Shown: positions 28,695 to 41,879, counted from the first letter of the stretch. The stretch is 64,000 nucleotides of DNA from an uncultured Planctomycetota bacterium (GCA_963845755.1 CAWJTV010000005.1:544001-608000); one strand, 5' to 3'. Notes: generated from the sequence alone by a model not told the origin. A program made the numbers and translations.

Positions 28695-29651
28695 GCTGGA
28701 AGCCTCCTCATCCCCGTGGTTGACGACGCGGCCGATCCGCCCTAACCTGCCTTGCAGGATGCAGTTTGACTCTAGAAGTCCCCATGTCGGCTGTCAAGAA
28801 CCGCGGCGATCGAGGGAAACGGTGAACAAGGCGGAACCCCTACGAGCGACCATGCAAGCCAAGCCGCTGATGGAGATGGCGGCAACAGCGTTGACGCTCG
28901 CGATCGCGCACCATGTCGTTCCGCTCGGCAAACTCGAGGTGTCCCGGTTCGGCGAACGTACGGATTACCGTTCGAGCCGGTTCTCATGTATGCTGGAATT
29001 GAGCGGGACCGAGTCCCGGGATGAATTGGGACGCCGCTATCGACAAAGAATCGCGCAAGCCTTGAGCAATCCGATCGGCTGGGATTCGTACGTTATGGTC
29101 TGTGAGTTCTCGTCCCAGGGTCACCGGATACGCTTTTGTTTCACCGATTGCAGGAACCGGCCGATGACGAAACGCCAAGTTCGAGCGCATTAACCGTTGT
29201 GTCGCGGATCCCCCAGGGCGACGCGAAGAGCCCCGCTAAACCACAGGCCAAAAATTATTTTGGATTTTTTATCTGCTGCTGGGGCTGAAAGTTGGGGCGG
29301 CTCTCAGCCGAAATCCCCGCTAGGTGCATTAAAGCTTTTCCAAAGTTGCGGCATCCTGAGAGTATGGCCCACGTGCGATCACTCTCGAGACGGGCGCCTG
29401 GACCGCGCCGCCCGGTTCAGGTCGTCGTCGCAACCGGATATCAGCCAAAGAGATCGGGGAGGGCGACCTGGGAAAAAGATGTCCCATTGTGCCACTTCAT
29501 GACACCCACATCGGTCAGTGAGCGGCTCGTGCGGATGTCGAACGTATGTTCTCGGCCTGCTTCAAGCACCTACATCAGGCCGTCGTTCACTCGTTGGCCT
29601 GAATCAGGCTTAGGTTCTCGCGACAAAGCACAATCGCTACCAGGATGAACA

Positions 29652-32600
29652 ATGATGATGAACTTTTCCCTGCAAGGCAAACCTACCCGCAAGCCGTCTA
29701 CGATCCTCCTGTGTGCGTTCCTGATCATTCTGATGGCCTGGACGAGGCTTGGATTCGCACAATCCCTGGAGGGTGCGCGTCAGTCCATTCCAGCGGAGAA
29801 GACGGCACAACAAGCGACCGATCAGCTCTTCGCACGCGACAACCTCATCGCCTGGTGCATCGTCCCGTTCGACAGCAAGAAGCGTGCCCCCGAAGCTGCG
29901 CGCAGCGATGCTGGAGCGGCTGGGGTTCAAGCACTTCGCCTACGATTGGCGGGCCGAACATATCCCGACGTTCGACGCCGAGATCGAGGCGTTGAAGAAG
30001 CATCATGTCTCGCTCGATGCCTTCTGGGTCGCGCCGGGCGAGCTGAACCGCGAGTCCCGGATCATCCTCGACGTGCTGAAGCGACATGGGGCCAAGGCTG
30101 AGCTGTGGGTGCTCCTCGATTTCGGTGGCGATCGTGCGACGGGCGCCGAGCAGGAACGACGGATCGATGCCGCCGTGGCCAAGCTTCGTCCTCTGGCTGA
30201 GGAGGCCGGCAAGATCGGCTGCTCGCTGGCGCTGTATAACCACGGCGGCTGGTTTGGCGAGCCAGAGAACCAGATCGCAATCATCGAGCGGCTCAAGGGC
30301 AAGGGCGTCGCGAACGTCGGGATGGTCTACAACCTTCACCACGGTCACGAGCACCTCGGCCGATTCCCCGAGCTACTCGTGAAGATGAAGCCCTATCTCA
30401 AGGCGGTGAACCTCAATGGAATGGATCCCGGCGGCGATCGCGTTGGACGGAAGATCCTCCCGCTCGGGCAAGGTGAGCGGGACCTCGAGCTTCTGCGGAT
30501 CATCCGCGATAGCGGCTACCGCGGGCCGATCGGCATCCTTGGCCACACTATGGACGACGCCGAGGAACGGCTGAGCGATAACCTCGATGGCCTGGACTGG
30601 CTGTTGCCCCAGCTCGAAGGCAAGGCTCCTGGCCCTCGTCCCAGGCCTGCGCACGCCTGTCCCTCCTCGTCCGGCCGCGAGCGGCTCGACGACGAGTTCG
30701 AGTGCAAACCCGGTCGCGGCACTGATCCAGGACGCCCAGAAGTCCGGTGACCCCCAGCACGGAGCCGCGGTCTTCGCCTCGCCGAAGTTCGCATGCCTCT
30801 CCTGCCACCGCGTCGGCGATCAGGGCGGCTCGGTCGGCCCCGACCTGACGACCGCCGGGGCCTGCATCAAGCCCGAGGAGCTCGTGGAATCGGTCCTGTT
30901 GCCCCGCAAACAGGTCAAGGAGGGATACGTGGCCATCTCGGTGGCGACCATCGACGGCAAGGTCCGCCAGGGTTACGAGCAATCCCAATCCGAGAAAGAG
31001 CTCACGCTCCGCGATCCGGCGACAGGCGACGTGATCCGGATCGATCGCACCGACATCGAAGCCGTCCGCAACGAAGGCTCGCTGATGCCCGAGCGCCTCA
31101 CCGACGCGATGACACCCGCCGAGCGCCGCGACCTCGTCCGCTTCCTGCTGGACCTCGGGCGTCCGGGGCTGGGAACCGCCGGCCACCTGCTCCGCCATTC
31201 TCACGTTCCGGCCGAGTTCACGTTCGATCGCGCCCCGATGCACCCGACGCAATGGCCGAACTGGCAACATCCGGTCAACCGCGACCGCGTTTATGACTTC
31301 TACGCCAAGGAAGCCGAGTTTTTCTCGAGGCAGAGCACCGTCCCGGTCTTGTTACCCCAGTACCCCGGGCTGGATGGTGGAAAATTGGGACACTGGGGAA
31401 ATCAGAGCGATGACACCTGGGTCGATGGACGCTGGAACCAGACCGATCTGGGCAACCTGCTTTGCGGAGTATTCCGAGGCGCGGGGGTCGTGGTGCCCAA
31501 GGGCGTCTGTGTCCGGCTCGGCGATCGGGGCGAACTGGCCGCATGCTTCAATCCCCAGACCCTCTGCTATGAGGCCCTCTGGAGCGGCGGCTTCATTCGA
31601 TTCTCGCCCACACGACACGGGATACTCGACGGCCTCATCATGGACGGGACCGCCCTCTCTCGACCGGAAGGGAAGTCGCCGGGCAAACCGTTTACATATC
31701 ACGGATTTTATCGATCGGGGCGCCGGGTCATTTTCGCTTATCGCATCGGCGATGTCGAATGGCTCGACGCTCCCTGGGTCGAGGACGGTCGATTCACTCG
31801 GGTCGTCGCGCCGGCCGACAAGCACCCGCTCGCCCACATGACACGAGGCGGCGTTCCACGACGTTGGCCGCAGGTCTTGACGACCCGCGGCAGGGTCGGC
31901 CGCAATGGACCCTATGCGATCGATACGATCGATCCGCCGTTCGAGAATCCTTGGAAGGCGCTGCAATTCTTCGGGGACCACGACTTCCTCCCCGACGGCA
32001 GCGCGATGCTCTGCACCATCCAGGGAGACGTCTGGCACGTTGACGGGCTGGATGACACGCTCCAGAACGTGCGATGGCGGCGGTACGCCTCGGGGCTGCA
32101 TCAGGCCCTGGGACTGGTCGTCGCCGAGGGGAAGGTCTATGTCCTGGGCCGGGACCAGATCACCCGGCTGGTTGACCTCGACGGCGACGGCGAGGCCGAT
32201 TTCCACGAGTGCTTCAGCAACGCGTTCGACACCTCACCAGCCGGACACGATTTCATCTGTGGCCTGCAACGCGACACGGCGGGACGGTTCTATACCGCAT
32301 CGGGCAAGCAAGGGCTGCTACGGATCTCGGCCGACGGTCGATCGATCGAGGTGATCGCGACCGGTTTTCGCAATCCGGATGGGTTGGGGCTGGCACCCGA
32401 CGGTACGGTGACCGTACCGGCCTCCGAGGGCGACTGGTCCCCCGCCTCGATGGTCTGCGAGATTCGCCCTGGCGGCCATTACGGCTACCTCGGCCCCCGC
32501 GGCGGCGCTCCGCCAGACCTTCCGCTGGTGTATCTTCCTCGGGGTCTGGATAACTCCAGCTCGGCCCAGGTCACGGTTCCCGACGACCGGTTTGGTCCGC

Positions 32601-33682
32601 TCCGGGGCCAGATGCTCCACTTTTCCTTCGGTGCGGGCACGTACTTCCTGCTGCTACGGGAAAACGTTGCCGGCCAATCGCAAGGCGCGGCCGTGCCGAT
32701 GCCGGGCGAGTTCCTCTCGGGCGTGCACCGTGGCCGTTTCAACCCAAAGGATGGGCACCTCTATGTCACCGGGATGACCGGGTGGGGCACCTACACGCCG
32801 CTCGATGGATGTTTTCAGCGCGTGCGCTACACCGGCGATCCGGTTCAGCTTCCCGTGGAGTACCACGCTCACGAGAACGGGGTCGTCCTGCGGTTCTCCC
32901 GGCCGCTGGATCGGGCCATCGCCGAACGGCCCGATCGACACTTCGCCCAGGCCTGGAACTACCGATACAGCTCGGGATACGGCTCTCCCGAGTTGTCCCC
33001 GGGCCATCCTGGCCAACCCGGGCATGACGCGTTGGCGATTCGCTCGGCCCACATCATGGCGGACGGACACACCCTGTTCCTGGAGATGCCAGACCTCCAA
33101 CCGGTGAATCAACTCCACTTGCACGTGCGCCCGGATGCCGGCTCGCCACTCGACATGTTCGCCACTGTCAATCGTCTGGCGCCGCCCTTCACCGGGTTCT
33201 CGGGGTACCTTCCCGTCGCCAAGACGGTCGCCTCACACCCGATCCTGGGCGACATGGTGGCGCTGTCTCAGCGGCCGAAGCCGAATCCCTGGCATCGTAA
33301 ACTCCGAGGCGAACGGACGGTCACCATCGAGGCCGGCAAGAACTTGAGTTACAGCACGCGATCGTTCACAGTCCGGGCGGGCGAGGCCATCCGGCTGTCC
33401 TTCCTCAACCCGGACGTCGTGCCGCACAACTGGGCGCTCATCAAGCCCGGGACCCTAAACCGCGTGGGCGACCTCGTGAACAAGATCGTCGCCGAGCCCG
33501 ACGCCGCGACTCGCCATTACATCCCCAGAACCGACGACGTGCTGGTCTACACCGACATTGTCGGCCCGCAGGATCAGTACGCCATCTCCTTCCGGGCGCC
33601 GACCACCCCGGGACGATATCCATACCTGTGCACTTTTCCCGGTCACTGGATGGTGATGAACGGGGAGATGATCGTCAAATAG
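29652..33682 (+). CDS. Large secreted fusion: TIM-barrel (xylose-isomerase-like) + c-type cytochrome + beta-propeller dehydrogenase-like + azurin-like cupredoxin; frameshifts at about 29897 and 30648
   Basis: Signal peptide; LYNHGGWFGEPEN; CLSCH..GPDL; ATGFRNPDG; PHNW...CTFPGHWMVM type-1 copper motif. One-base corrections join the three ORFs. Confidence 0.8.
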
Positions 33683-33688
33683 CCCGGC

Positions 33689-34789
33689 TCAAGTGGATTC
33701 GAGCCGCGGAGAACCGCGTTGGGCCACGTGATCCAGCACGCCTCGGTAAAGTTCGAGGAGTCGGTCCGCCTCAACCTCGGGGTCGAAATCGCTCTGGACG
33801 TATTTCCGCGCATTCCGGCCGAGCCGGCGCACCTCATCGGGGTAATCGAGCAGTTCGGCGATCGCGATCTGGAGCGCTTCCGGATCATCGGGCGCGGTCA
33901 TCAGACCGCTAGAGCCTGCCTGGATGAGCCCGCGTAGTCCGTCGACGCTCGTCGCAATGCAAGCGACCCCATGGGCCATCGCCTGAAGGAGCGGAACCCC
34001 CGCGTTGGGGACGATGGAGGGTTGACAATAGATATCCAGCACCGTCCAGTATTCCGTGCCCACCGAGGGGAATTCGGCCACTGTGACCCGCTCTCCGATC
34101 CGGAGCTGCTGGGCGCGGCGGCGTAGTTCGAGCTGATTGGCGCCTTGACCAGCGATCACGAACTCGACATCCCGATCGGCATCCAAGATGCGTCGAGCAG
34201 CCTCGAGAAACACCATCAGACCCGAGCCCTCATCGAGTGGACCACCTGTGCCGATGACGGGAACTCTCCCCGTTCCGTTTATCCGAAGCGGCTCGTGCGG
34301 CAGGACGATCCCTGGCGGGATCACAGTCACTCGCTGGGCCGGCACTCCTAACTCTTCAATGAGGTCATCCGCGAGATCCGGGTTGGTGGCGACCACGTGG
34401 TGACACCACTGGCGGCTCAGACGGAGGCCCTTCTCGATGGTCCGGAAGTCGGCGATCGTCTGAATGTAGGGGAGTCGGGCAGACTCGGTAAGGGTCAAGG
34501 CCGCTTCAATCATTTCGTCATGCACGACGTGGACGAGGTCGGGGCGTTCCAGTCGGACGTCGTCCCAAAGCGCGCGCGCCGCCAGGCCTTTGAGCCAGCG
34601 CCGGCCCAGCGCCGGCAACTCGAAAACGCGCGGGTCGCCCGGCAACACATTCCCTTTGGAGACGCAGAGCACCTGGAGGCGGCAACCCCGTCGCTCGAGC
34701 CTGTCCAGCCATGGTGCCAGCGGCCAGCGCACATCGTACCGGCTCAAGCGTCCGGCCAGGATCCATATGTTGAGAACCCGATCCGTCAT
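33689..34789 (-). CDS. Glycosyltransferase family 4 (GT-B)
   Basis: [39 protein letters not shown] and DDPEAL motifs. Confidence 0.85.
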   Translation of the reverse strand: MTDRVLNIWILAGRLSRYDVRWPLAPWLDRLERRGCRLQVLCVSKGNVLPGDPRVFELPALGRRWLKGLAARALWDDVRLERPDLVHVVHDEMIEAALTLTESARLPYIQTIADFRTIEKGLRLSRQWCHHVVATNPDLADDLIEELGVPAQRVTVIPPGIVLPHEPLRINGTGRVPVIGTGGPLDEGSGLMVFLEAARRILDADRDVEFVIAGQGANQLELRRRAQQLRIGERVTVAEFPSVGTEYWTVLDIYCQPSIVPNAGVPLLQAMAHGVACIATSVDGLRGLIQAGSSGLMTAPDDPEALQIAIAELLDYPDEVRRLGRNARKYVQSDFDPEVEADRLLELYRGVLDHVAQRGSPRLEST

Positions 34790-34939
34790 GTATTCCCGCC
34801 GCTCAAGCAAGACCTTAAAGGCCGTCCCTCAGATCGATCGCGCCCCCATCCGGCCGTTGGAATCGATGCGTCCATGGTTTATACTGGTGAGGCTCGGCAA
34901 GCAATGACTGGCCAGACGTTCCGTAGTTCGAGTCACCGC

Positions 34940-35913
34940 ATGAATTCAACGACCGTGGAAACTCCGACAACCTCACTGGACGAACTGCTGTCCCTTTGCA
35001 ATCGGCTGATGGAGAACGTCGGCCTTGTCGTGCTCGGCAAGGAAGAAGTCATCCGGCTCGCCGTCGTTGCCCTGCTCGCCGAGGGCCACGTGCTGATCGA
35101 GGATGTGCCCGGTGTGGGAAAGACGCTGTTGGCGCGGCGCTGGCCGCGAGTATCGATTGTTCCTTCCGGAGAATCCAGTTCACTCCCGACTTGCTGCCTT
35201 CAGATGTCCTGGGGTCGAGCATCTATCATGCTCCTTCGGGCGATTTCGTGTTCAAACCCGGTCCCCTGTTCGCGAACGTGATTCTCGCGGACGAGATCAA
35301 CCGCACCACGCCGCGGACCCAGAGTGCCCTCCTGGAAGCGATGAGCGATCGCCAGGTCTCGGTCGAAGGAAAGACCCATACTCTGCCACCCCCGTTCATC
35401 GTGCTCGCCACGCAGAACCCCTATGAATTCGAAGGCACCTACATCCTGCCGGAGAGTCAACTGGACCGATTCATGATCCGGCTCCGGATGGGCTACCCGA
35501 TTCGCTCGGAGGAACGAAAGGTCTTCGCCAGCCATCGCAACGGCGAGCCCGTCAACACCCTGGCCCCGATACTCTCCTCCGAAGATGTCCTGATGCTCCA
35601 GCGTGGTGTACGAACCATCCAGGTTGACGACGCAATCGGTGAATACTTGCTGGATATCGTGCATGCGACTCGACGAAGTGAGGATCTCCATGTGGGTGTG
35701 AGTACGCGGGGCGCGCTGACGCTCTATCGTGCGGCGCAAAGTTTGGCCTTGGTCTCGGGTCGCAACTACGTGATCCCGGATGACATCAAGGCCCTGGTGG
35801 TCCCGGTCCTGGCGCACCGGGTCGTCGGCAAGTCATTCCTCCAGGCGGGCGAGTTCGGCGCGGCTGAGGCGATCATCCGCGACATTGTGGATCGTATCCG
35901 CGTCCCCACGTGA
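34940..35913 (+). CDS. MoxR family AAA+ ATPase, apparent frameshift at about 35137
   Basis: [33 protein letters not shown] and QLDRF motifs. Confidence 0.92.
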
Positions 35914-36110
35914 GCACCTGTGGTGAATCCACAATTCACGAGAGCGAGTCACGAATGGCGAGTGGAATTTAACCCGTTTTCGATCGTTCTTTACGCTCAG
36001 TCGTACGCGTAGCCTGGCGGCTGTCATCCAATCGCCTGATCGAGTCTGGGTCGGTGCATCCTAGAGGAGTGGGAGAGCGTGCCGCTTTCCTTGACGTGGA
36101 GAAGAGATCC

Positions 36111-37532
36111 ATGAAAGCGGACGACAGAATTCGCCAGCGCGCGCCTCGTGGTCGCCTCCGGCGGCTGGCGGCGGGCGTTCTCGGTGCCCTGGGCCCTGCG
36201 GAACGCTCGATCCTGACCCGCGAAGGGTTCTTTTACTTCCTGGTCAGCCTGACGCTCCTGGTCGCGGGGTTGATCCAGCAGGTCAATCTGATCCTTCTCG
36301 TCTTCACTCTGGCAGCCGGCCCCTTCCTCGCGTCGATCTTCGGGAGCCGCACGATGTTGCGCCGGCTGATCGTGCAGCGCCGGATTCCCGTTTATGTCTT
36401 TTCGGGCGATCCGCTGATGATCGATTATGCCGTGGAGAATGGGCGCCGGTATTATCCGGCACTCGCTTTATTCATCGACGATTCGGTGATCCCCGTCGAT
36501 CGTGCAGTCTCCGGGTCGGGGAGCCTGTCTCCTCGAGTGTTCTTCGCGCGCATCCCCGGGCGGGAACGGGCGCGGCTCCAGTGGAAGTGTGTCAGTCCGA
36601 AGCGCGGAAGATATGAGTTCCGGGACCTCGACGTCGGCACCCGTGCTCCTTTCGGAATCGTCGAGCATCGTGTTACGATCTCGCTGCCGGGCGAAATCCT
36701 CGTTTATCCGAGGATCGGCCAGTTGACCCGGCGATGGTTCCTGATCCAACGCCAGGCGATCGAGAACCGTCGTGGTCAGCGCCATGACCAGTCGGCGCAG
36801 CAGATGGAATATCACGGGTTGCGTGATTATCGGTCGGGCGACAGCCCGCGCTGGATCCACTGGCGGACGTCGGCCCGTCGAGGCGAGCTGATGGTCAAGG
36901 AGTTCGAGCAGCAGAGCGAGCAAGATCTTGCCATCCTGGTCGACCCCTGGCTTCCGAGGACCAAGGCCGTGGCCGAGCAGCGCGAGGCGGTCGAGCAGGC
37001 CGTCTCGTTCGCCGCAACCGTATGCCTGGAGACCTGCCGGCATCAGGGACGGCGGCTGATCCTGGGCTGGACCGGAGCGGCACCGGGTGCCCGGCATGGA
37101 CCGGCCTCCGTGAAGTTGCTTCACGAACTGCTCGAACAACTGGCCATCTTGCGACCGGCCAGTGAGGGGGGACTGGCGGAATTGCTGGATGTCTTGCCCC
37201 CGGTCGTCCTCCGCGAGGCGATCTTGATCATCATCTCGACCCGGCCCCTTAACCTCCTCGAAGAAGCCGAGCGCTCCTCGAGGCTATCGGGCGCCGCGGC
37301 TCGAAGCTTGATGGGTCGGGTCATCCTGCTCAACGCCACTCAGGGCGACCTGATTCCCCTGTTCAACGTCGGAGCGGACGCGACACAGAACATCCTTCAA
37401 TACCGACTCAGCAGCGCGATCCAGGAGCGACTCTCGACCCAGGATCAACGCCGCCGAGCGCCCGAGACCGACGACCACGAAGACGCCCCCACCCGCGGCG
37501 ATTCGACGCGGGATGGAGAGACCCGGCCATGA
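36111..37532 (+). CDS. DUF58 domain protein
   Basis: LVYPRI, EYHGLRDYRSGDSPRWIHWRTSARRGELMVKEFE; follows MoxR. Confidence 0.9.
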   Translation: MKADDRIRQRAPRGRLRRLAAGVLGALGPAERSILTREGFFYFLVSLTLLVAGLIQQVNLILLVFTLAAGPFLASIFGSRTMLRRLIVQRRIPVYVFSGDPLMIDYAVENGRRYYPALALFIDDSVIPVDRAVSGSGSLSPRVFFARIPGRERARLQWKCVSPKRGRYEFRDLDVGTRAPFGIVEHRVTISLPGEILVYPRIGQLTRRWFLIQRQAIENRRGQRHDQSAQQMEYHGLRDYRSGDSPRWIHWRTSARRGELMVKEFEQQSEQDLAILVDPWLPRTKAVAEQREAVEQAVSFAATVCLETCRHQGRRLILGWTGAAPGARHGPASVKLLHELLEQLAILRPASEGGLAELLDVLPPVVLREAILIIISTRPLNLLEEAERSSRLSGAAARSLMGRVILLNATQGDLIPLFNVGADATQNILQYRLSSAIQERLSTQDQRRRAPETDDHEDAPTRGDSTRDGETRP

Positions 37533-39851
37533 ACAGCTATCTGATCTATCGCGCAACCTTCTACCTGATGCTCACCGTGGCCACCATGGCCTTGAGCGGC
37601 GACGCCGTGGAGAAGGGATTCGCGCAACTCTACCCCCTCGCCGTGGCGGTCGCGGGGTTCGCGGCCTTCCTCAGCGTGGATCGTCACTCGCGATGGGCGA
37701 TGTCCCGTCCGATCGCCAATGTCCTGGGCGTCATGACGCTCGGCGTCCTGTATTTCGAGTATCGGCTCGATGATACTCAGTTGATCCGCGCACTCGGACA
37801 CTGGCTCGTTTACCTCCAGTTGATCAAGTATTTCCTCCCCAAGACTCCCGCCGATGACTGGTTCCTCTTTCTACTCGGGCTGATGGAGGTGCTCATCGGG
37901 GCCGTGATCAGTCAGGGCGAGGGGTTGGGGATCTGGCTTTTCGCCTGGGCGATGCTGGCGATCTGGGTGCTGGGCCAGTTCTTTCTTCAACGTGAGGCCG
38001 TCCGGTTCCAGCAGGGCGGCGACCTGAGCAGCGGACATATTCTGCCGCACGGCGAGGTCGACCCGTATGAAGGTCTCTTCGACCTCCCCTACGTTGTGGC
38101 GACGGCCCGCGTGCTGCTCACAACCCTCGCGTTGGGAGGCCTCATCTTCCTGACTCTCCCGCGCCAGACGGGCGCGACCCGTTCGCAGGCCGGCTCCCCG
38201 ATGCCTCGGCATTTGACCGGCTTCGACGAGGAAGTGGCACTCGGTCAATTCGGCGAGATCCTGGAGAATGACTCGGTCGTAATGACCGTCGATTTTACCG
38301 ATGCGGAAGGCAAGTCGGTCGACCCGCCGAACGAGCCCTTGTGGCGCGGCGTGACCATGCTCCGCTATGTGAAAGGGCGATGGCGGCGCCAGGCCCATGG
38401 GCCCACACAGATGTACGTCGGCTTCGCGGAGCGGGGACGACCCACCAAGCTGCTTCGCCAGCGTATTAAGCTCGAAGGGAACGATTCGCCCACCCTGTTC
38501 GGCATCAGACCGATCCGGGATGCCAACTCGGGGCCCCGGCTACCTCCTTACCTGAATCCGATGGATGGGACGCTGCTTCGCCAGGATACTCGGGGCGGCT
38601 CCTATGATTACGAGGTCTCTTCCGACCCGTCCCCCGGCGGCCTCCAGCCCGGCGAGGAACCACCAAGTCCGGCACAAAGGGAGTTACTCCTCTCCATCGA
38701 ATCCGAGGCCCTCAAGGCGCGACTCCGACAGCTTGCCGAGCCGGTGATCGCATCCGTCACGAAGAAACATCCGGGAGTGACCATCGAACAGGCCCTCGTG
38801 ATGACTGAAGAGGAGAGAGCCCCGATCGAACAGGCTCGACTAGCCTGGACTGAGGCCTGTGCCCGAGCCCTCGAATCCTACCTACGCGACTCCGGTCTTT
38901 TCTCGTATACGCTCCACATGCAGGTCATCGACGACACTCTCGATCCGGTTGAGGACTTCCTGGTTAATCGTCGAATGGGACATTGTGAATACTTCGCCAG
39001 TGCGCGTGGCGCTGCTACTTCGTTCGATCGACATCCCGGCCCGAATGGTCAACGGCTTCAAGGGAGGCGACTGGAACGACCTGACCCAGACGATGAACGT
39101 CCGCGAGAAGCACGCTCATAGCTGGGTCGAGGCTTACGGCGGGCTCGGGCCCGCCCATCGACCGGTCTGGATCAGCCTCGACCCGACGCCCTCCTTCGCA
39201 CGCGAGGAGTCGATCGCCCAGGTCGGCGGTATCGCCGGCAACTTCCGTCCCATGACCGACCTGATTCGACACATCTGGGTGTTCTACGTCGTCGGATACG
39301 ACCGCGACCGTCAGAATCGACTGCTATACGCGCCGATGCGACTGATGATCAGTTGGGTGCGAGAAAACTACAACAAGCTTGTTGCGCTGGCGTGGAAGGG
39401 ATTCGCCATCCTGTTCCATTTTCAGAACCTCAGCGCCTTCATCAGTTGGAGAGGCGGCGCCGTCGCATTCCTGGCCGGGCTACTCCTCGTCGGCATGGCC
39501 CACGTGGCGTACCGGTTGGGTCGTCGGATTCTCAAGTGGTTTCGCGGTCCGGGAGTCAACTCCACCTCGCTCTCGGCCGGCATCCTCTTTTACCGCCGAT
39601 TGACGCAACTGCTCGCCCACCTCGAGTTGGAACGGACTCCGGCGGAAACCCAGGGGGAGTTCGCCATCCGCGCCGGCAAGATGCTCACGGGCCAGGGCCT
39701 GCCGGCACAGGCCGTTGCCGACGTTCCCAAAGAAGTGGTTGACGCATTCTACCGCGTGCGATTCGGCCACCTGGAACTGCCGTCAACCTCGCTCGCCGAG
39801 CTCGATTCGCGACTGGACGAGCTCGAGGCCAGTCTGAATCACAATCGTTAG
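37529..39851 (+). CDS. Membrane transglutaminase-like protein (TgpA/DUF3488), apparent frameshift at about 39005
   Basis: N-terminal helices; GHCEYFAS, ARMVNGFKGG, HAHSWVE and LDPTP (Cys-His-Asp triad). Confidence 0.88.
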
Positions 39852-39918
39852 TCATCAGGTTGCGACGGCCCCACCGGATAGCTCGGACCGCGCCCGTGAC
39901 CTTCGGATCGGCTCCGCC

Positions 39919-39946
39919 GACGAACGACCAAGGACCAAGGAACAAA
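39919..39946. repeat. Heptamer tandem repeat (GACCAAG-like) x4
   Basis: gacgaac gaccaag gaccaag gaacaaa before the ychF-like start. Confidence 0.5.
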
Positions 39947-39950
39947 GAAG

Positions 39951-40973
39951 ATGCGAGTTGGAATCGTCGGTTTCGCCGGAAGTGGCAAGAGCACGCTGTT
40001 TCAACTCTTGACTGGAGCACGTCCTGATCCGGGGAAGATCCACTCGGGACAGATCGGGGTCGCGACGCTGACCGACCCGAGGCTGGACTACCTGGCGTCG
40101 TTACATCAACCCAAGAAGGTGACTCCGGCCACGGTCGAGTTCCTGGATACACCCGGCCTTCTCGCCGGTTCGCACGCCGACAATCCCCAGCGATTGGCGT
40201 TGATCCGTGAAGGCGATGCCTTGCTGATCGTCTTGAACGGATTCGGCGGCGGCGACCCCGCCTCGGAGCTGACCAGGTTCCGCGAGGAGATGCTCTTCGC
40301 CGACCTCACGGTCGTCACCAACCGGACCGAGCGTCTTGAGGCCAGCGTCAAGAAGCCGCGACCGGACCGCGAGGCTCTGATCAAGGAGCTGGAAGTGGTC
40401 AAGATCGTCCAGGCCGCGCTCGAACAGGGCCAGAGCGTCGACATGCTTGGTCTGTCCGCGGACGACAAGAAGCCCCTCCGGTCGTTCGGTCTCTTGACGG
40501 ACAAGCCGCAGGTTGCGGTCTTGAACGCCCCCCAGGGGTCGGGGGTGTCCGACTCGCTCCGCGACATCGCACCGGAAGCTCTGACCATCGACGCCCAGCT
40601 CGAGCTGGAGCTCACCCACCTCGATCCCGAGGAACGTGCCGCCTTCATGGCCGACCTGGAGATCCAGGAGCTTGGTCACGATCGAATCATCCGCCGGGCT
40701 TACGACGCGGTCGGGATCATCACCTTCTTCACGGCCGGGGATCCCGAGGTCCGCGGCTGGAACCTCGAGAGAGGCGCCACCGCCGTCGAGGCCGCCGGCA
40801 AGATCCACACCGACCTCGCCAAGGGATTCATTCGCGCGGAGGTGACGCCGTACGACGAGCTCCATCAAGCCGGCTCGCTCAAGGAAGCCAAGCTAAAGCA
40901 CCTCCAGCGGCTCGAAGGCAAGGAGTACATCGTGAAGGATGGTGACGTCGTGTATTTCCGGAGCGCGCTCTAA
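39951..40973 (+). CDS. ychF: YchF/Obg-like ATPase with TGS (DUF933) domain
   Basis: GIVGFAGSGKST, DTPGL, ITFFTAG, AAGKIHTDLAKGFIRAEV and RLEGKEYIVKDGDV motifs. Confidence 0.85.
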   Translation: MRVGIVGFAGSGKSTLFQLLTGARPDPGKIHSGQIGVATLTDPRLDYLASLHQPKKVTPATVEFLDTPGLLAGSHADNPQRLALIREGDALLIVLNGFGGGDPASELTRFREEMLFADLTVVTNRTERLEASVKKPRPDREALIKELEVVKIVQAALEQGQSVDMLGLSADDKKPLRSFGLLTDKPQVAVLNAPQGSGVSDSLRDIAPEALTIDAQLELELTHLDPEERAAFMADLEIQELGHDRIIRRAYDAVGIITFFTAGDPEVRGWNLERGATAVEAAGKIHTDLAKGFIRAEVTPYDELHQAGSLKEAKLKHLQRLEGKEYIVKDGDVVYFRSAL

Positions 40974-41003
40974 CGGTCGAGGCCAACCGGACCTCCGCGT
41001 GCG

Positions 41004-41594
41004 TCAACGAACTGTCGGGGTGCGAAGCAAGGTTCCCGGTACGAGTGGTGAATCGCGCCTCGGCAACGCATCGCGATTGGCACGCCACAGGGCATCTGCC
41101 CGGGTGGCCGTTCCATAAACGCGCAGGGCCACGTCTGCGATCGTCTCCTCGGCGCCGACAACGGTGACGGCCTGCGCGGGTTGGTGGGCCTCGCGGGGGC
41201 GCACCGGCAACGCCGTAACGGCACCGGCCAGCTGTGACTCCGGACCAGGGCGAATGGAGGACTTTGACGCCTGACGGATGACCGCACGCCCGGAAGTCGG
41301 TGCCGCCGAGATTGACGGATTCACGACGAGCCGAGGCGCTTCGTCTCCGATGGGAGCTCCTGTCTTGACGGCATTCTTAGCGGGAGCCGGCGCATGACCG
41401 GCACTCGGCTCCGAGTGAGGCGGGGTCAACCTGGCAAGATCGGCCCCAGGTTGCGAGGACGGGACAGTCTCCGCCGTCTGAGCCGCTTCCGCTGAGCCCC
41501 GGGTCCGAGACGGCCCTCTCGGAAACAAGGCCACGCCAAAAAAGCCAACGATGAGCACGCTGAGGATGATACTGGGCCCGGCTTGTTGATTCAT
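41004..41594 (-). CDS. Membrane-anchored protein with C-terminal LysM-like domain
   Basis: N-terminal helix, low-complexity linker, ETIADVALRVYG..LWRANRD..LVPGTLLRTP. Confidence 0.75.
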   Translation of the reverse strand: MNQQAGPSIILSVLIVGFFGVALFPRGPSRTRGSAEAAQTAETVPSSQPGADLARLTPPHSEPSAGHAPAPAKNAVKTGAPIGDEAPRLVVNPSISAAPTSGRAVIRQASKSSIRPGPESQLAGAVTALPVRPREAHQPAQAVTVVGAEETIADVALRVYGTATRADALWRANRDALPRRDSPLVPGTLLRTPTVR

Positions 41595-41879
41595 GATCGA
41601 TCATCGCGCAATGTTACATCAAGGGTGCGAAACCTGGTGCACTATATCCGGTTATCGGTCGGGGTGACCTGTTACTTGAACCTAAGTTCAAGGAATCGCC
41701 GATCGATCTCTGGGACCTCCGGGATCGTATTAGTGGTTGGCCGGACCTCTCAGTTGCCGATATGACACAAGAAGTTGTGGCTGCCCTTGTCCCTCGAAGG
41801 GCTTCCGGTTAGGATGTCAGTGATGGAGTCGGTCGTTTTCCCACGAACCAATTCGGTTTCAGATCAGGAACAGAAGCCC

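Noticed and set aside
28693..29650. ORFs or a riboswitch in the long intergenic gap
   Set aside because: No family similarity or riboswitch consensus recognisable by eye; left unassigned.
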